A DNA stretch of 64,000 nucleotides, taken from the NCBI GenBank assembly GCA_014905635.1, contig JABVCE010000002.1, positions 1,426,001 through 1,490,000 of the forward strand, given 5' to 3'. Position 1 is the first letter of the stretch; every line of letters starts with the position of its first letter. Both the position numbers and the translations under genes were made by a program. The notes beneath the pieces were generated by a model. It was not told the origin of the DNA and did no database searches. It saw only the letters and a list, made by a program, of their open reading frames with translations. Below are positions 60,103 through 64,000 of this stretch, piece after piece. The stretch is from Scenedesmus sp. PABB004 (taxonomy: Eukaryota).

Positions 60103-61941
60103 TCAGTAGGCGGCGGTGCCGCCGGGCGCCTTGGTGTGCGTGACGGGCACCTCCACCGGCTTGGCCTTGCCCTGTGACGGCGCGCGCGGGCGGGCGCGGG
60201 CGCTCAGCGCGCAGCCCAGCATGCGCACGCGCGGCGGCGCCCAGCGCTCAGCGGCGGCGCGCTGCGCACCGTCCTGTAGCCGCGCTGCGTCTCCTCGGCC
60301 GCCGCGCGCGCGTGCAGCGACGCGGCGTCCACCGCCTCGCCCGCGCGCGCGGCGCCCGCGTCCACGGCCGCGCGGCCGGTGTCGGCCGCGGCGCGGCCGG
60401 CCTCGAGCGTCGCGCCCGCCGCGGTCGCGCCGGCCTCGTACGCCGCGCCCGCGACGCCCGCGGCGGCGTCGCGCGCGCGCGCCGCCGCGCCCGCCGCGGT
60501 GTCGACCGCGGTGCCGGCGAGGCTCGCCGCGGTGGAGTAGGCCGCGCCCGCGGCCTCGGCCGCGAGCTGCGCCGCGGTCGCGGTGTACGCGCGCGCGCGG
60601 CCCATGCCGTACCCCAGCGCCTCGAGCGCGTTGTCCCACACGTAGCGCCCGCCCTCCCACAGGTTGTGCACGCTGTCGACGCCGTAGTCCATCACGCCGC
60701 CCGCGGTGTCGCCGACCGCGTCGCGCGCCGACTCGAGCGCGCCCGCGACGCCGCCGCGCGAGTCGGGGTGCCGCGCCGCGAAGCTCGCCTCGCGCCGGCG
60801 GCGGTAGAAGTCGTCGCCGATGAACCTGGCCGGCGCGGCGTGCGGGCGGCGGCGGTGAGGCACGGGCGCGGCGGCGGCGGCGCGAGCGGCGGCGGCGGCG
60901 CGAGCGCAGGGGCGCGCGGGCGCCGCCGGCGGCGGCGGCGCGCACTCGGGGAGGTAGCTCCAGAGCGGCTCGAGCAGGTGCGGCAGCGTGCCAAAGGCGA
61001 GGCCGTTGGCGGCGCGCAGGAAGTTGGGGAGCGCGGGCAGGTTGTGCCACTTGACCGCGACGAGCTCCACCTGCGCGCCGTCGGCGCGGCGGGCGGCGCC
61101 TGCAGGGCGGCGGCGGCGGCGGCGGCGCGCGCGCGGGCGCGCGCTGGCCGGCGCCGCGGCGCCCTGCAGGCGCCGCCCGGCCGCGCGCGCGCGCGCGCCG
61201 CACCAGGCCGGTGTCGAGGTCGCCGCTGACGCCGATGGTGAGCGTGGCGCGGATGGGGATGGACGCGGGCAGCAGCAGCGTCGCGGGCAGCAGGATGGAG
61301 CGGCGCGGGAAGACGGTGAGCGTCCCCGCCACCTCCAGCAGGGAGCTGTTGAGCCCGACGGGGCGCACCTGCGCGCGGGCGGGCGCGGGCGGGCGCGGGC
61401 GGGCGGCCGGGCGCGGGTCGGGGGCGCGCGGGCGGGGCGCGGAGCACGAGGAGCGCGCAGCATGCGCAGCACGCCGGGCGCGGAGCACGCGCAGCGCGCG
61501 CGCGCGCCTGCACGAGGGAGGGCGTGAAGGCCTGGCGGGCGACGAACTTGAAGAGGTACGCGCTCACGCGCACGCTGCCCTTGCGGCTGAGCAGGAACGG
61601 CGGCGCGTCCCACACGACGTCGCGCGCGAGTATGGGCATGCTGGTACAGTGCTCGGCCATCGAGCGCGCCTCAAACAGCCTGCGGCGCGGCGCCAGGCGT
61701 CGGTGTTGCGGGCGGCGCGCGGCGCGGCGGCGGCGCGGCGCGGCGCGGGGCAGCGATCGCGTGGCAGCGACCGCGGGGCGCGCCTGGTGATGGCGTTGAC
61801 GACGCGCGCGACGCCGGGCGGCGCCTGGCTTGGGATGTAGGTCGCGGCGCTGCCCGCGGCCGGCGCGTCGCGCAGGAACTTGTCCTCCGTCGTGGCCACG
61901 TGGGGCCGCACGACGTGGTCGATCAGGCCCGTGGCGGCCAT
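60103..61941 (-). CDS. Uncharacterised protein: NTF2/SnoaL-like N-terminal domain plus LEA/apolipoprotein-like Ala-rich repeats
   Basis: Exons: MAATGLIDHVV...|RLFEA...ILARDVVWDAPPF...|VRPVG..LLEVAGTLTVF...IRATLTIGVS...|VELVAVKWHN...|FIGDDFY...AAYSTAASLAGTAVDTAAG...|GKAKP..AY*. Confidence 0.7.
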
Positions 61942-62700
61942 CGCGGACAGCGGCGCGCGGCGGCGGCGACGGGGCGGCGACGGCGACGGCGGCGGCGCGG
62001 CGGCGGCGCTGTGCGGGCGTGGGGAGGGGTCGTGTGGGCGCGGGCGCGGTCGGCACACGGCGTGGGAGAGTGGCGGGGCGCAGCGATCGCGGCGGCCTTT
62101 GAGGCGGGGCGCGCGTGCACGACGGCGACGCGAGCGTCATGTGACCGCCGGGCGGGCGAAGCGCTCTGCACGCGCGATCGCGCGCGAGAACGCCCCTGTC
62201 GCGCCCGGAGAGCGCGCCCCGGCGCCGCCGAGGCCGCGGCGGCTCGCGCGGCGCGCGGCGACAGCTGTCGCCGGCCGCGCGCGGCGCGTGCGCGGTCTGG
62301 CCAGCGCGGCGCGGTGTGGCGTGCAGCCTGCCGGCCACTGCACGCACGCGCGGTGCATTGCCCGACGCGGCGGTGCGGCGGGCGCGCTGCGGCTCCGCGA
62401 GGCACGGGCGAGCGGCCACGAGCTCACCCCGGCAGGCTGTGTCGGGCCGGCGGCGGCGATGCGGGCGTCGAGGATTCACAACCCACGGCACAGTCGTGGT
62501 GCGGCGGCCATGACTGCGGCCCACAACTTGAACCGATCAGGTTTGACCCCCCAGTTGACCGGCAGTCAACTCGCCCGCGAGTGCGCGGGGAGCAAGCGCT
62601 CAATTCTCCCTCCCTAATCGCACGCACGCACCCACATCCCCCCACACGTGATCATCAGGCGTCCCAGGACGCAATCGGTCGACCGATGCGCGCGCCTCGC

Positions 62701-64000
62701 TCAGTTGAAGTACGCGACGCAGCGCTCCTCCACCTCCTCCATCAGCGCCCGCACCACGCGCGCGCCGCTCGTGCCGCGCCGGCACACGACCAGCAGGCTG
62801 TCGTCGATGCGCTGCCTGCGCGGTGCGGCGCGGCGCGGGCGGCGTCGGCAGCGCGCGGCCGGCGGCGCGCCCGCGCGCGCGCCCGTGCGCGCGCCCGTGC
62901 GCTGCCGCAGCCGCCGCGCGGGGCACAGCTCTCCCCCGCCTCTGGCCCCACCTGCAGCCCGCGTACGACCCCAGCCGAGGGTAGCGCCGCGCCTTGAGCA
63001 GCTCCACGCCGGCGGGCGCCCACGTCCGCGACGCCCAGCCCGCAAGCGCGCCGGGGCCGGCCACGCGCGACAGGAACGCCTGACCGCCCCACGCGTCGCC
63101 GGCGCTCTCGACGTCGAGCGAAAGGTGCGCCGCGAGCACCATGGGCGCCGCCGCGGCCGCGAGCAGCTCGGGCTGGCGCAGCAGCAGGCGGCTCGTCGTC
63201 GCCAGCAGCACGCGGCCGCGACCGCGCACGCGTGGCACGCTCAGCGCAAACTCGGGGCGGAGCCGGTCCAGCGCTGCCGCGTGGGTCGGGCGCGCGGGCG
63301 AGGTGCGTCAGGGCGCTGTGGGCGCCAGGCCGAGCCAGAGCCGGTCATGGCCAGGCAGCTGCGGCGCGGCGCGCCGCCGGCAAGCGCGCCGCCCACACTG
63401 CCCGCGCGCGGGCCCCCGCGCGGCGCTCACCCGTGTCCACCAGCTGGAGCACCCACTCCTCGCACAGGCACGGGTCCGCCAGCGCCGCCTCGTCCTCCTC
63501 GGCCGCGCGTAGCGCGGCTGGGCCGCCGCCCGCGGGCGCGTCCCCCGCGGCGGCGCTCGACAGCAGCGCCAGCAGCCCGCGCGCGCCCGGGCGGCGCAGC
63601 GCCGCCGCGGTGCGCGAGAGCCAGCCGCTGAGGCCGGCCGACGAGCCGTCGCTGCCGGGCGCGTGCGGGCGCGCCGCCACCGCGGCGGGCGGCGCGCCCG
63701 TCGCGGGCCCGTCCTCGCGCTCGGGGCGCGCGTCGTGCAGGTCGGGGCACTTGAGCAGCACCGTGAGCGACTCGAGCCCCGTCAGCGCGGCGAGGCCGCG
63801 GAGGTCGTTCTGGCTGCGAGCGACGGCGTGCAGCTCGAGCAGCAGGCTCGTCAGCCGGTGCGCGGCGGCGAGCGGGGTCGCATCAAAGACGCACAGCCCG
63901 CTCTCAACGTCGCTCGCAAACTCAGCCATCAGGATGGTCGCGCTCGTCAGCCCCGTCAGCGCCGCCAGGCTGGGCGGCAGCCTGCGCGCGGCGGCGGCGG
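62701..64000 (-). CDS. 3' part of an uncharacterised protein with degenerate leucine-rich repeats
   Basis: LPPSLAALTGLTS, LAAAHRLTSLLL, LRGLAALTGLESLTV; last exon QRIDDSLLVVC...CVAYFN*. Confidence 0.6.

Noticed and set aside
62690..62720. Possible selenocysteine read-through of the TGA at 62701, given downstream hairpins
   Set aside because: There is no redox motif context and no recognisable SECIS core in the proper geometry.
1..64000. Hundreds of long overlapping Arg/Ala/Pro-rich ORFs on both strands
   Set aside because: These are expected from stop-codon scarcity at very high GC. They are antisense or off-frame shadows and intron read-throughs with no recognisable motifs.
1..64000. Prokaryotic origin, operon, CRISPR or defence system
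   Set aside because: Spliceosomal introns, eukaryotic core genes and TGTAA signals are present. There is no repeat-spacer array, cas gene, transposase or integrase.

Overview
Nuclear DNA of an extremely GC-rich (by eye about 80%, not computed) and very compact green alga. A chlorophyte origin is inferred from the TGTAA poly(A) signals, plastid-targeted RimM and CYP38, and short GC-rich spliceosomal introns; Sphaeropleales (Scenedesmus/Monoraphidium-like) is the best guess. By manual exon stitching I find 26 protein-coding genes in 64 kb, almost all with introns. Recognisable genes: CCDC13-like (partial), MCU, a CBS-domain protein, RimM, DDX31/DBP7 helicase, p24delta/TMED10, OXNAD1, NTF2, DP1, an apyrase, CYP38, a PHT4/SLC17 transporter, CBP80, APE2, RPL38, V-ATPase D, an M14 carboxypeptidase, RLP24 and RAD17. 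Less familiar genes: a secreted clan-GH-A-like protein with two CBM10-like repeats, a secreted bacterial-type calcineurin-like phosphoesterase with a Cys-rich module, a four-EGF type-I membrane protein, an NTF2-like/LEA-like fusion, a hydrophobic-hairpin protein, a small single-TM protein next to MCU, and an LRR-like protein (partial). Most long ORFs in the supplied track are GC-driven shadow ORFs. I found no rRNA, tRNA, CRISPR array or transposase. The strongest window-wide signals are a high frequency of GC-AG introns (at least 16, including 5 of 9 in CYP38) and short tandem duplications spanning the stop codon in three genes. I see no convincing multi-gene novel system; the best leads are individual uncharacterised proteins and splicing or termination features. 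Gene spans run start codon to stop codon including introns and were derived by hand.
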